Origin: an uncultured Arcobacter sp.
Lineage (GTDB): Bacteria > Campylobacterota > Campylobacteria > Campylobacterales > Arcobacteraceae
DNA: 64,000 nt
Assembly: GCA_965140705.1 (NCBI GenBank)
Contig: OZ223302.1
Location: forward strand, 192,001-256,000
Direction of reading: 5' to 3'
Under the pieces are notes generated by a model. The model was given only the letters and a program-made list of their open reading frames with translations. It was not told where the DNA came from and made no database searches. Positions 10,961 to 19,332 of the stretch are shown here, one piece after another. The position numbers and the translations under genes were made by a program. Numbering within the stretch: the first letter of the stretch is position 1; every line of letters begins with the position of its first letter.

Positions 10961-12121
10961 ATGACAAAACAATTATTGCCCCTAGCCCTAGGTGGTCTTG
11001 CTATTGGTACGACAGAATTTGCAATTATGGGATTATTACCAGATGTTGCAAATGACTTAAATATAAGCATTCCAGTTGCAGGACACTTAATCTCTACTTA
11101 TGCTCTAGGAGTAGTTATTGGAGCACCAATATTAGTAGCTTTAAGTGCAAAGTTTCCTGCTAAAAACATCTTAATAGCTTTTATGATTCTATTTACATTT
11201 TTCAACTTCCTATCTGCCATTGCACCTAATTATTCCACACTTTTAGTCTCAAGATTTTTTAGTGGCTTACCCCATGGTGCTTTTTTTGGTGTGGGAACAG
11301 TTGTTGCTGCAAAACTTGCCCAAAAAGGAAAATCAGCACAAGCGATTGCAGTAATGTTTACGGGGCTTACCATTGCAAATGTTGCTATGGTTCCCCTTAC
11401 TACATATCTAGGTCATACTTTTAGTTGGAGATTTGCTTTTGCTATAGTTTCTCTAATTGGGTTAATAACAATCTTCTCTTTGTACAAAAACCTTCCAAAA
11501 CAAAAAGAGATAAAAACTATTACACTAAAAGAAGAATTGCAATTTTTCAAGACAATCAAAGCTTGGCATATATTAGCCATAGTTGCAACTGGATTTGGTG
11601 GATTGTTTGCATGGATTAGTTATATTGCTCCTTTATTAATTTATGTTACAAATTTTGAAGAAAGTAGTGTTTCGTATATGATGATCGTGGCCGGTCTTGG
11701 AATGTTAGTTGGAAATATTGTAGGAGGATATTTAGCAGACAAAAGAAATCCTATAAAAGTAGCAATCTTCCTTTTATCAATGATGGTTTTATCTTTGGTA
11801 TTAGTATTTTTCCTATCTGAATATAAGTTTGCAACTGTTATTCTTACATTTTTATGCGGAGCTTTTGCTATGTCAATTGGGGCACCTATTAATATCATCA
11901 TGTTAGATAGTGCAAAACATTCAGCCATGCTTGGAGCTGCATTTTTACAAGCCGCTTTTAATGTAGCTAATTCTTTAGGTGCATTTTTAGGTGGTATTCC
12001 ATTATTTTTAGGATTAAACTATAATTATCCTGCTCTAAGTGGTGCATTTATGGCTTTATTAGGGGTTGGACTATGTTTATATTTCCTAAAAAGATATAAA
12101 ATTGAAGGAAAAGTAGAATGA
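10961..12121 (+). CDS. MFS transporter, DHA1/AraJ-like
   Basis: LALGGLAIGTTEF..MGLLP, SRFFSGLPHGAFFG; ATG at 10961 preferred over the GTG at 10874 because family-like sequence begins there. Confidence 0.88.
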   Translation: MTKQLLPLALGGLAIGTTEFAIMGLLPDVANDLNISIPVAGHLISTYALGVVIGAPILVALSAKFPAKNILIAFMILFTFFNFLSAIAPNYSTLLVSRFFSGLPHGAFFGVGTVVAAKLAQKGKSAQAIAVMFTGLTIANVAMVPLTTYLGHTFSWRFAFAIVSLIGLITIFSLYKNLPKQKEIKTITLKEELQFFKTIKAWHILAIVATGFGGLFAWISYIAPLLIYVTNFEESSVSYMMIVAGLGMLVGNIVGGYLADKRNPIKVAIFLLSMMVLSLVLVFFLSEYKFATVILTFLCGAFAMSIGAPINIIMLDSAKHSAMLGAAFLQAAFNVANSLGAFLGGIPLFLGLNYNYPALSGAFMALLGVGLCLYFLKRYKIEGKVE

Positions 12122-12873
12122 AAATACTTGGCCATAATATTATAGGTAGTGGCAAAAAATATATCTTAGTCCTACATGAACTAATGGGAGACCATAGCAA
12201 TTTTGACCCAATCTTACCATATATTGATACTACAAATTTCACCTACATTTTCATAGACCATAGAGGATATGGTTTATCAAAAGATATATTAGGAGAATAT
12301 ACTTGTGATGAAGCAGCAAATGATGTAAAAAACCTCATCACAAAACTAAATTTAAAAGAAGTAAATCTTCTAGCCCACTCTATGTCTACAATGATAGCTC
12401 AAAAAGTAGCCCTAATAGATGATAGAGTAAAACAACTAATTCTAATCACTCCAATTTCAGCTGCTGGCATAAAGATGAAACCCCAAGCCCAAGCAAAACT
12501 GATTGCAAGTATGAAAAAAAATGAAAACTTCATTGAATATGTAGTTGAAAGTGCAAGTAATAGATACAATCAACCATGGAAAGATTATAGAATCAAAATG
12601 GGATATGAAGCTTCAACTTTAGAAGCTAGAACTGGTTATATGATTATGTATCTCACAACTGATTTTATAGATAAAGTGAAAGATATAAAGATACCAATAA
12701 AAATAATGGTAGGTCATCATGATTTACCTGCTTTTCATAAAAACAATGTGAGAAAACAGTTTGAAGAGTATTATAATGATTTTGAGATAATAGAGTGCAT
12801 GGAAGCAGGACACTATCCAATGATAGAGTGTCCTGTTTATTTCTCAACTGAAATAGAGAGGTTTTGTAAATAG
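12118..12873 (+). CDS. Alpha/beta fold hydrolase
   Basis: DHRGYGLS, nucleophile elbow AHSMS, GHHD, AGHYP catalytic His; ATGA overlap with MFS gene. Confidence 0.88.
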   Translation: MKILGHNIIGSGKKYILVLHELMGDHSNFDPILPYIDTTNFTYIFIDHRGYGLSKDILGEYTCDEAANDVKNLITKLNLKEVNLLAHSMSTMIAQKVALIDDRVKQLILITPISAAGIKMKPQAQAKLIASMKKNENFIEYVVESASNRYNQPWKDYRIKMGYEASTLEARTGYMIMYLTTDFIDKVKDIKIPIKIMVGHHDLPAFHKNNVRKQFEEYYNDFEIIECMEAGHYPMIECPVYFSTEIERFCK

Positions 12874-12878
12874 GTTTG

Positions 12879-13100
12879 CTCTTGAAGAACAAGTTCTTCG
12901 CTTTCTCACTTTTTAATTGTAAAAAGTAAGACAAAAAGCAACCAGACGAATTGATGAAGGCACAGCTATCCTACAGTTATATATTTGTTTTCTGCCCTGT
13001 AAAACTCACTAAAGAGTGCATTTAGCACTCTTCTTAACGTTCAAACAGTTTCGGGCGTAACCGAAAATAAACATCTAACTTCCGGCTTCATCAAAGTCTG
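12879..13100 (-). repeat. Structured non-coding repeat unit B2
   Basis: Inverted homologue of B1 with compensatory stem changes. Confidence 0.9.
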
Positions 13101-13192
13101 GGAAGAAGGAAAATACAAACTATCATATATAAATTTACTTAAGAAAAATCATGAATCTAAACAATCAAAAATGTAAAAATCAATATCCCATT

Positions 13193-13417
13193 CCAACATC
13201 TACAGAAGCTGAACGTTTGTTTTCTCTTTTCGAAAAAGGCTTGCAACTGTTTGAGTAAATAAATGTGCTAAATGCACATTTATTTATGAGTTTTGCAAGG
13301 CAGAAAAGATAAAATAATAAGTGAAGGAACCCGAAGGGCTTCGCAGCCGTTGGTGGCTTTTTGTTTTACTTTTTGCCACCAAAAAGTAAAGAAGCGAAGA
13401 CTACAAGTCTTCAAGAG
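13193..13417 (+). repeat. Structured non-coding repeat unit A2
   Basis: Inverted homologue of A1; contains perfect 13-bp stem taaataaatgtgc/gcacatttattta around TAAAT. Confidence 0.9.
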
Positions 13418-13424
13418 AAAAGAA

Positions 13425-14081
13425 CTACCCTTTTATATAACGAATAATTTGTCCATTAAAAGGCTCATCCAAATAATCCTCAGTACCTAACGGTTCACTT
13501 TGACTATGCACATAACCTAATGCCACCATTATTTTAGAAAACTTTGCATGATTTCCTCTACCTGGGTCTACTATAATTATCTCACAAGACTCATTTGTAT
13601 GTTCATTTAAAAATCTACTTAAATCCTCTAGGTGAAACTGTTCATATAAAATATCACTTGCTATTATTAAATCAAATTTTCCTAAGGTATCATCATCATT
13701 TGCCCAGTTTGCACATTCGAAGGGGATTGTTTTTCCTTGATTTATTCTTGTGTTCTCTATCAAAAATTTTTGAACTTCTGGGTTAAAATCTGTTGTTGTT
13801 ATATTTGCATTTCTATGATTTAATACCAAACTTGAAAGAGCTATTCCGCACCCTACTTCTAGGATTCTTTTATCTTTGATATTATAGTTATTCATTAAAG
13901 TTGCTAAAATTTTAGATGAGGGCCAAAGAACTCCAAATAGTGACCAGTTGGCAGATGATATTCCTATAGTAGGATTTAAATCACACTCTTCGTCGTATTG
14001 TTGTGTATCTTTTAAAGTTCGGACATGTATATCCATAGTATCAAACTCTATTGTTTGATATGTGTATCGTAGTTTTGGCAT
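13425..14081 (-). CDS. SAM-dependent methyltransferase, Methyltransf_16 (METTL21-like) family
   Basis: GVLWPSSKILA, ILEVGCGIAL motif I, FDLIIASDILY. Confidence 0.8.
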   Translation of the reverse strand: MPKLRYTYQTIEFDTMDIHVRTLKDTQQYDEECDLNPTIGISSANWSLFGVLWPSSKILATLMNNYNIKDKRILEVGCGIALSSLVLNHRNANITTTDFNPEVQKFLIENTRINQGKTIPFECANWANDDDTLGKFDLIIASDILYEQFHLEDLSRFLNEHTNESCEIIIVDPGRGNHAKFSKIMVALGYVHSQSEPLGTEDYLDEPFNGQIIRYIKG

Positions 14082-14138
14082 AAGAACCTTTCAAGGTTCA
14101 GTATACTCTTTATTTAGAGTATCTGAACTAAAAAAGTT

Positions 14139-14996
14139 CTATGATTCTAAAATCGCTTTTAAGCTTTTTACTGTAAAAAGTTTAACACCCTCGCTCTTTA
14201 GTGCTTTTACTTCATTTGTAAAACCGCTTTTTGAAAATAATAAAACATAATCAGGAACTATCTCTAACTTTTCACAAAGCTCTTTTAGTCTTGTAAGTTC
14301 TGTTTTTTTTACCTTATTATTTGTATATTTGCAAGAACCTACAATAATCTTCCCAGATTCTGTTTCTGCTACAAGATTTATCTCATCGTTTTCATCCCAG
14401 TATCTTCCAATCTCTTCAATTGAATCATCTTTAAAAAGCTCTTTTACATACTCATGACTTAGTTGTTCAAAGATTAGTTGCATAAATTCTGCATTGTAGT
14501 TATTAAATCTCTCAAAGAACTCTTTATATTCAGTTCTTGCAATTCCCCTATAAAGTGGAGATACAAAGGCAAACCAAAATCTTAAAAATGGAGCATTGAA
14601 TAATAACTTATCAGCTACATCATTATCTTCAAATTTATTTGTAATATGGTCAATAGATGTTTCAGTACTTATTATCTCTAACTCTTCTAAATCATATAAA
14701 GCTTTAATACCTTCAGCATACTCTACATCAGCACGTTTAAATGCACTATTAACTCTTCTATCACCTAAGGCAATACCAGTTAGCACTTTATAATATGGCA
14801 AAGAGTTTTTAGTAAGTTTAGAAATATACTCTTGCAAGTCATAATATTCATCTAATATATGTCTCTCTATTAGCTTACCAAGAGGTTTTGTTGTATCGAT
14901 TTTTATATCAAGTCCACCAAATATAGCAAAATAGTTTAATGCAGTTTCCATATCTTTTGGGTTGTTTTGTTTACAGAAATATTGAAATTGTTCCAA
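14139..14996 (-). CDS. DUF234-domain protein with C-terminal PD-(D/E)xK-like fold
   Basis: FGG, PFLRFWFAFV, GRYWDENDEINLV..GSCKY, LFSKSGF; start codon uncertain. Confidence 0.75.
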   Translation of the reverse strand: MEQFQYFCKQNNPKDMETALNYFAIFGGLDIKIDTTKPLGKLIERHILDEYYDLQEYISKLTKNSLPYYKVLTGIALGDRRVNSAFKRADVEYAEGIKALYDLEELEIISTETSIDHITNKFEDNDVADKLLFNAPFLRFWFAFVSPLYRGIARTEYKEFFERFNNYNAEFMQLIFEQLSHEYVKELFKDDSIEEIGRYWDENDEINLVAETESGKIIVGSCKYTNNKVKKTELTRLKELCEKLEIVPDYVLLFSKSGFTNEVKALKSEGVKLFTVKSLKAILES

Positions 14997-15074
14997 TATT
15001 GTTTTAGTATTAAGTATAATAATAAAGCCTTTTATTGTTTTTGGGATTATAACATAAATCAGATATAATACCTT

Positions 15075-16052
15075 ATGAATATCAAATTTGCCACTTTCAA
15101 TCTATTTCAATTTACAGCCCCTCCTTTTTCTTGGTACTTCAAAAAAGACAAATTTACAAAAGAACAATGGGAACAAAAAGTATCTTGGATAAAAGAACAA
15201 ATCAAACTTTTAGACGCTGATATTATTGGTTTTCAAGAAGTATTTTCAATAGAAGAGTTAAAAGAACTTTGTAAAGAGCTAGGCTATGAATACTTTTTAA
15301 GTGTAGATAAGCCAAAGATAAATAAACAAAATCCAACTATTTATAAAACTACAGTTTTAGCACTTGCTTCTAGGTTTCCAATTATCTCAAATAAAAATGT
15401 TAGATATGATTTAGCAAGTATAAAAAAGCACAACTTTAAAGATAAATTTGCTTTTTCAAGGGTTCCAATAAAAGCCATAATAGAACTACCAAACAAGACA
15501 AAAATAGCTGTTTATGTAAATCATCTCAAATCAAATAGACTTAATGAGTTTGAATATATCTTTAAAGAAGGTACTCCTTTAAAAGAGAAAATTGAAAAAA
15601 CAAAAGTTGCTTTAGAAAATGACTTTTCAAGTGCATTAAAACAAAGATTAATAGAAGCCTCTTCCCTTTATATGGATATAAAAGAGTCTAAAATACCTAC
15701 AATATTTTTATGTGATTTAAATGACAAAGAATTTTCTATGACAATTGATGCTTTGACAAACAAAGCCTATCATGAAGAGTTAGAAGAAGATGAATATATA
15801 CTTTTTGATTCATATTATCATTGTGAAAAAGAGATTTATAATCCCCATCCAGAACAAAAAGAGATAAAAAGAACTCCTACAAGTTATTATTTTTCAGATG
15901 AAAATGTGATTGATTTTATTTTTGTATCAGAGCAGTTGAAAGATAAAATAGTCTCATATAAAGTATTTGATGAACACTTACAAAAAAATAGAAATGGCAC
16001 TCTACTTGAAAGTGACCATGCTCAAGTTGTATGTGAAATAGATATTGATTAG
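15075..16052 (+). CDS. Endonuclease/exonuclease/phosphatase (EEP) family protein
   Basis: ATFNL, DIIGFQEV, NHLKS, CDLN, IDFIFVS, SDH motifs. Confidence 0.9.
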   Translation: MNIKFATFNLFQFTAPPFSWYFKKDKFTKEQWEQKVSWIKEQIKLLDADIIGFQEVFSIEELKELCKELGYEYFLSVDKPKINKQNPTIYKTTVLALASRFPIISNKNVRYDLASIKKHNFKDKFAFSRVPIKAIIELPNKTKIAVYVNHLKSNRLNEFEYIFKEGTPLKEKIEKTKVALENDFSSALKQRLIEASSLYMDIKESKIPTIFLCDLNDKEFSMTIDALTNKAYHEELEEDEYILFDSYYHCEKEIYNPHPEQKEIKRTPTSYYFSDENVIDFIFVSEQLKDKIVSYKVFDEHLQKNRNGTLLESDHAQVVCEIDID

Positions 16053-16678
16053 ATTTTTTCTAAAGCTAACTTAATCCCAAAACTAATAAAAAGAACTCCT
16101 ACTATTTTTTTGATAAATTTCTCAAAAAATTTATTAAAAGATAGTTTAGAGCTACCTTTTATTGCAAAATAAGCAATTATAATATTAACAATTGTTCCAA
16201 AAATAATAAAAATTAAACCTAAAATCAATAAGGCTAAACTTTTAGTTTCACTATTCACATCTACAAACTGAGGTAAAAATGTGACAAAAAATATGGCAAT
16301 CTTAGGATTTAAAGCATTTATTAATACACCTTTTATAAAAGTTTCTTTTATACTTTTTTTATCTAACTTCTCTTTTATCTCTAATTTTTTATCTTTTTTT
16401 ATAAGCATCATCAAACCTAAATATATAAGATAAATAGAACCTAAATATTTGACAATTAGAAAAGCTGTTGGGGAGTTTTGTAAAAGTGTACTTAATCCAA
16501 GTACAGCCAAAAGTACATGAAATAAACAACCCGTACTTATACCAAAGGTTGCAATAATACCAGCTTTTAAACCCTTTTGAAAACTATTTGTCAAGATATA
16601 TAACATATCAGAACCAGGTGTTATATTTAGAAGTAATCCTGCAATTATAAAAAGATATAAATCTGTAATACCATACAT
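16049..16678 (-). CDS. LysE/RhtB family exporter
   Basis: ITPGSDM, NALNPKIAIFF. Confidence 0.9.
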   Translation of the reverse strand: MYGITDLYLFIIAGLLLNITPGSDMLYILTNSFQKGLKAGIIATFGISTGCLFHVLLAVLGLSTLLQNSPTAFLIVKYLGSIYLIYLGLMMLIKKDKKLEIKEKLDKKSIKETFIKGVLINALNPKIAIFFVTFLPQFVDVNSETKSLALLILGLIFIIFGTIVNIIIAYFAIKGSSKLSFNKFFEKFIKKIVGVLFISFGIKLALEKI

Positions 16679-16694
16679 TATCTTTCCTAAATTT

Positions 16695-17138
16695 TTAAAT
16701 TTTTTGTAAAAACATATTTAAAGAACTTGCAAACTTTTGTACATCTTTTTTATTAAAAGGAGCTGGGCCTTTTGTCATCTCTCCTGCATCTCTTATACTT
16801 TGCATCAAGTTTCTTATGGCTAAATATTGTTTGATATTATCATCTGTATAGGTTTCACCTCTATGATCGATAGCATGGGCTTCTTTTTCTATTACTCTAG
16901 AAGCTAGTGGAATATCAGCAGTTATGACCAAATCACCTTTTGAAACCTCATCTACTATTTTATTATCAGCTTCATCCGCTCCCAAATCCACAACAATATA
17001 TTTCACATATTTTGATTTTCCAATATCTATTTTCTTATTTGCAAAAACTAAAGTCTCCAAGCCTTTTTTTTCAATGGCTCTTAAAACTATGGGTTTAAGC
17101 ATATTAGGAAAAGCATCTCCATCTATAAAAAGTTTCAC
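16695..17138 (-). CDS. YaiI/YqxD (DUF188) family protein
   Basis: IDGDAFP, DEADNKI, GDLVITADIPLA. Confidence 0.9.
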   Translation of the reverse strand: MKLFIDGDAFPNMLKPIVLRAIEKKGLETLVFANKKIDIGKSKYVKYIVVDLGADEADNKIVDEVSKGDLVITADIPLASRVIEKEAHAIDHRGETYTDDNIKQYLAIRNLMQSIRDAGEMTKGPAPFNKKDVQKFASSLNMFLQKI

Positions 17139-17332
17139 TATAAAATCTCTTGCACTCGTCCAACTTGACCATCTTGTAGTCTTACTTTTATACCATGGGG
17201 ATGAGTAGGAGAATTTGTCAAAATATTTTTCACTATCCCTTGGGTTAGATTTCCCGTTCTTTGGTCTTGTTTTAAAACTATATTTACCTTTGCTCCAATT
17301 TTTACATCAAAACGTTTTTTACCATCTGCCAT
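17138..17332 (-). CDS. YwbE family protein
   Basis: VLKQDQRTGNLTQG, HPHGIKVRLQDGQVGRV; start moved to the ATG at 17332, which follows an AAGGA SD. Confidence 0.88.
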   Translation of the reverse strand: MADGKKRFDVKIGAKVNIVLKQDQRTGNLTQGIVKNILTNSPTHPHGIKVRLQDGQVGRVQEIL

Positions 17333-17436
17333 TTTTTTCCTTTTATTTATTTTGTAGTATATCAAAATCTTATAAAACTATTTATTTATATATTTCAGGC
17401 TATTATTCTAAAGATATCTATAAAAGAGAGATTTAA

Positions 17437-18222
17437 ATGGAAATATTTGTATTAAAAGCTATTACCGTTATTGCTTTAGTTTTAAGTCTGACAGTAATTG
17501 CTGAAAAAGTTAGTCCAAAACTCTCTGGTATACTCTCAGGTCTTCCCCTTGGTAGTTCTATTACTTTAATATTTTTTGCTATAGAGTATGGAGTAAATTA
17601 TGTAAAAGAGACTGCTTTATACAACATACATGGAGTTTTTGCAGCCTTGGCTTTTTCTATTGGTTATTATATTAGTACCTTTTATACTGGAAAGTTTGAG
17701 ATAATATTAAGTTTGATTATCTCTTTTATTTCATATTTAATAATTGCCTTTATCTTATCTTTTATTCCTCCACATGTAATTTTCACCCCACTAATTATCT
17801 TTACACTTCTAATCATTAGTGCCATATATTTCTCAAAAAAAGAAGATCATAAAATTGTAAAAATATCAAAAGTCTCAATCTATGATTTAGCAATAAGAAG
17901 TATACTTACCTTAATCATTTTCCTAATAATTTCAAATCTACCTAAATATGTTCCAGCAAGTATTGCAGGTATCTTTTCATCATTTCCAACTATTCTATTA
18001 CCTTTACTTTTGATAATACATTTCAATCATAGTAATTTACAAGCAAGAACCATCATAAAAAATACTCCATTTGGACTTACTAGTGTTATTATTTATTCTT
18101 ATGTGGTTTATTTTGCATATCCAACTATTGGAGTTGTGTGGGGAACTATAGTTGGTCTTTGTAGTTCTGCTTTATTGATATTTATTCAAACAAAGGTATT
18201 TAAGTATTTTAAATTTATTTAG
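17437..18222 (+). CDS. Multi-pass membrane protein of unknown function
   Basis: Hydrophobic 261 aa with internally duplicated motif (SGILSGLP / AGIFSSFP). Confidence 0.7.
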   Translation: MEIFVLKAITVIALVLSLTVIAEKVSPKLSGILSGLPLGSSITLIFFAIEYGVNYVKETALYNIHGVFAALAFSIGYYISTFYTGKFEIILSLIISFISYLIIAFILSFIPPHVIFTPLIIFTLLIISAIYFSKKEDHKIVKISKVSIYDLAIRSILTLIIFLIISNLPKYVPASIAGIFSSFPTILLPLLLIIHFNHSNLQARTIIKNTPFGLTSVIIYSYVVYFAYPTIGVVWGTIVGLCSSALLIFIQTKVFKYFKFI

Positions 18223-19294
18223 CTTTATTTGAATTTGGAATAAAATACATAACAGTTTCATATATGCCTTCCATATAATGTCTTAGATAAATATCATACT
18301 CACTTTCTATATCCAAGACTAATTGGGGAACGTTATACCAGTCTTCAGCCTTATGATATATACAAATTGCAAGTATTGGCTTATATTTCTTTATCGTCTC
18401 TTTAGCACCTCTTATTGTATCTTGTTCTGCACCTTCGATATCTAATTTTATATAATCAACTTTTTCGCTTATGAGATTATCCAAGCTATTTATATTTGTG
18501 GCTTGATAATCATGGGCACAATTATTTTGCAACTCTTCTTTTATATCAGATGATATTTTTTCTCTACCTAGTCCACAATTTATAAACTCAATATTATCAA
18601 TATCTCCAAAATCTCTTTTTGCTATATTTATATGTAAAGTATTTGGTTCGATACAATATATCTTTTCAAAATCTGGATAGTTTTTAATAATCTCTTTTAA
18701 TGTATCCCCAACATACCCACCACCATCTACAAATCTTATATTTTTTATTTCTGGAATTATCTCTTTATCAAAATATTGTTTTTCATGGTCATTTGTAAAG
18801 CCTTGCATAAACTCTAAGTCATAAGATATTTTAAAATTAATTATCTTTTCAAATATCTCTTTTGATTTATCATCTGCTAAAAGATTGTAACTCTTTTCAT
18901 ACTCGTTTCTTTTTTTTATAAAGTCCTCTTTAAAATCATCTATAAAAGGAGGACTTATTAATTGTAAATCACTATATTTACAAAGGGATAGATAATTTAT
19001 ATTTTTAAAGCCCATCTTATCAAGAGAATTTTTTACTTCAAGGGGACTTCCACTTGAAGTTGATAATATCAAAGCATCTTTTGGAACATCTTCTATTTTT
19101 AGAACTGTTTTTTTTCGAGAACTTTGTACTCTTGTAAAATCATCAATTATCCCATCTACTTCTATATCTTTTAATACTGATTTTGTAAGTTTGTTTATAC
19201 CTAGAATATATTTTTTAGTAGTTTTAGAGAAGACAAAGAGTTCAACTAACTCTTTGTCTTTTTGATTTATGTAATCTAGTTCAATTAGATTGAT
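18215..19294 (-). CDS. FkbM family methyltransferase (frame open 74 codons beyond the track start)
   Basis: FVDGGGYVGD, CIEPN, YIKLDIEGAE, PILAICIYH; start inferred at ATC behind an AAGGA SD. Confidence 0.8.
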   Translation of the reverse strand: MNLIELDYINQKDKELVELFVFSKTTKKYILGINKLTKSVLKDIEVDGIIDDFTRVQSSRKKTVLKIEDVPKDALILSTSSGSPLEVKNSLDKMGFKNINYLSLCKYSDLQLISPPFIDDFKEDFIKKRNEYEKSYNLLADDKSKEIFEKIINFKISYDLEFMQGFTNDHEKQYFDKEIIPEIKNIRFVDGGGYVGDTLKEIIKNYPDFEKIYCIEPNTLHINIAKRDFGDIDNIEFINCGLGREKISSDIKEELQNNCAHDYQATNINSLDNLISEKVDYIKLDIEGAEQDTIRGAKETIKKYKPILAICIYHKAEDWYNVPQLVLDIESEYDIYLRHYMEGIYETVMYFIPNSNKAK

Positions 19295-19332
19295 GATTTA
19301 TCCTTTTTCATTTAAAGGATTATATCATCATA

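Noticed and set aside
8106..13417. Repeat units as integron attC sites, a CRISPR array or an IS
   Set aside because: No RYYYAAC/GTTRRRY ends, no direct repeat-spacer periodicity, and no integrase, cas or transposase ORF in the window
13293..13490. Short ORFs overlapping the repeat dyad (13293-13490 and 12665-12934)
   Set aside because: The frames are not preserved in the homologous copies and they overlap real genes on the opposite strand
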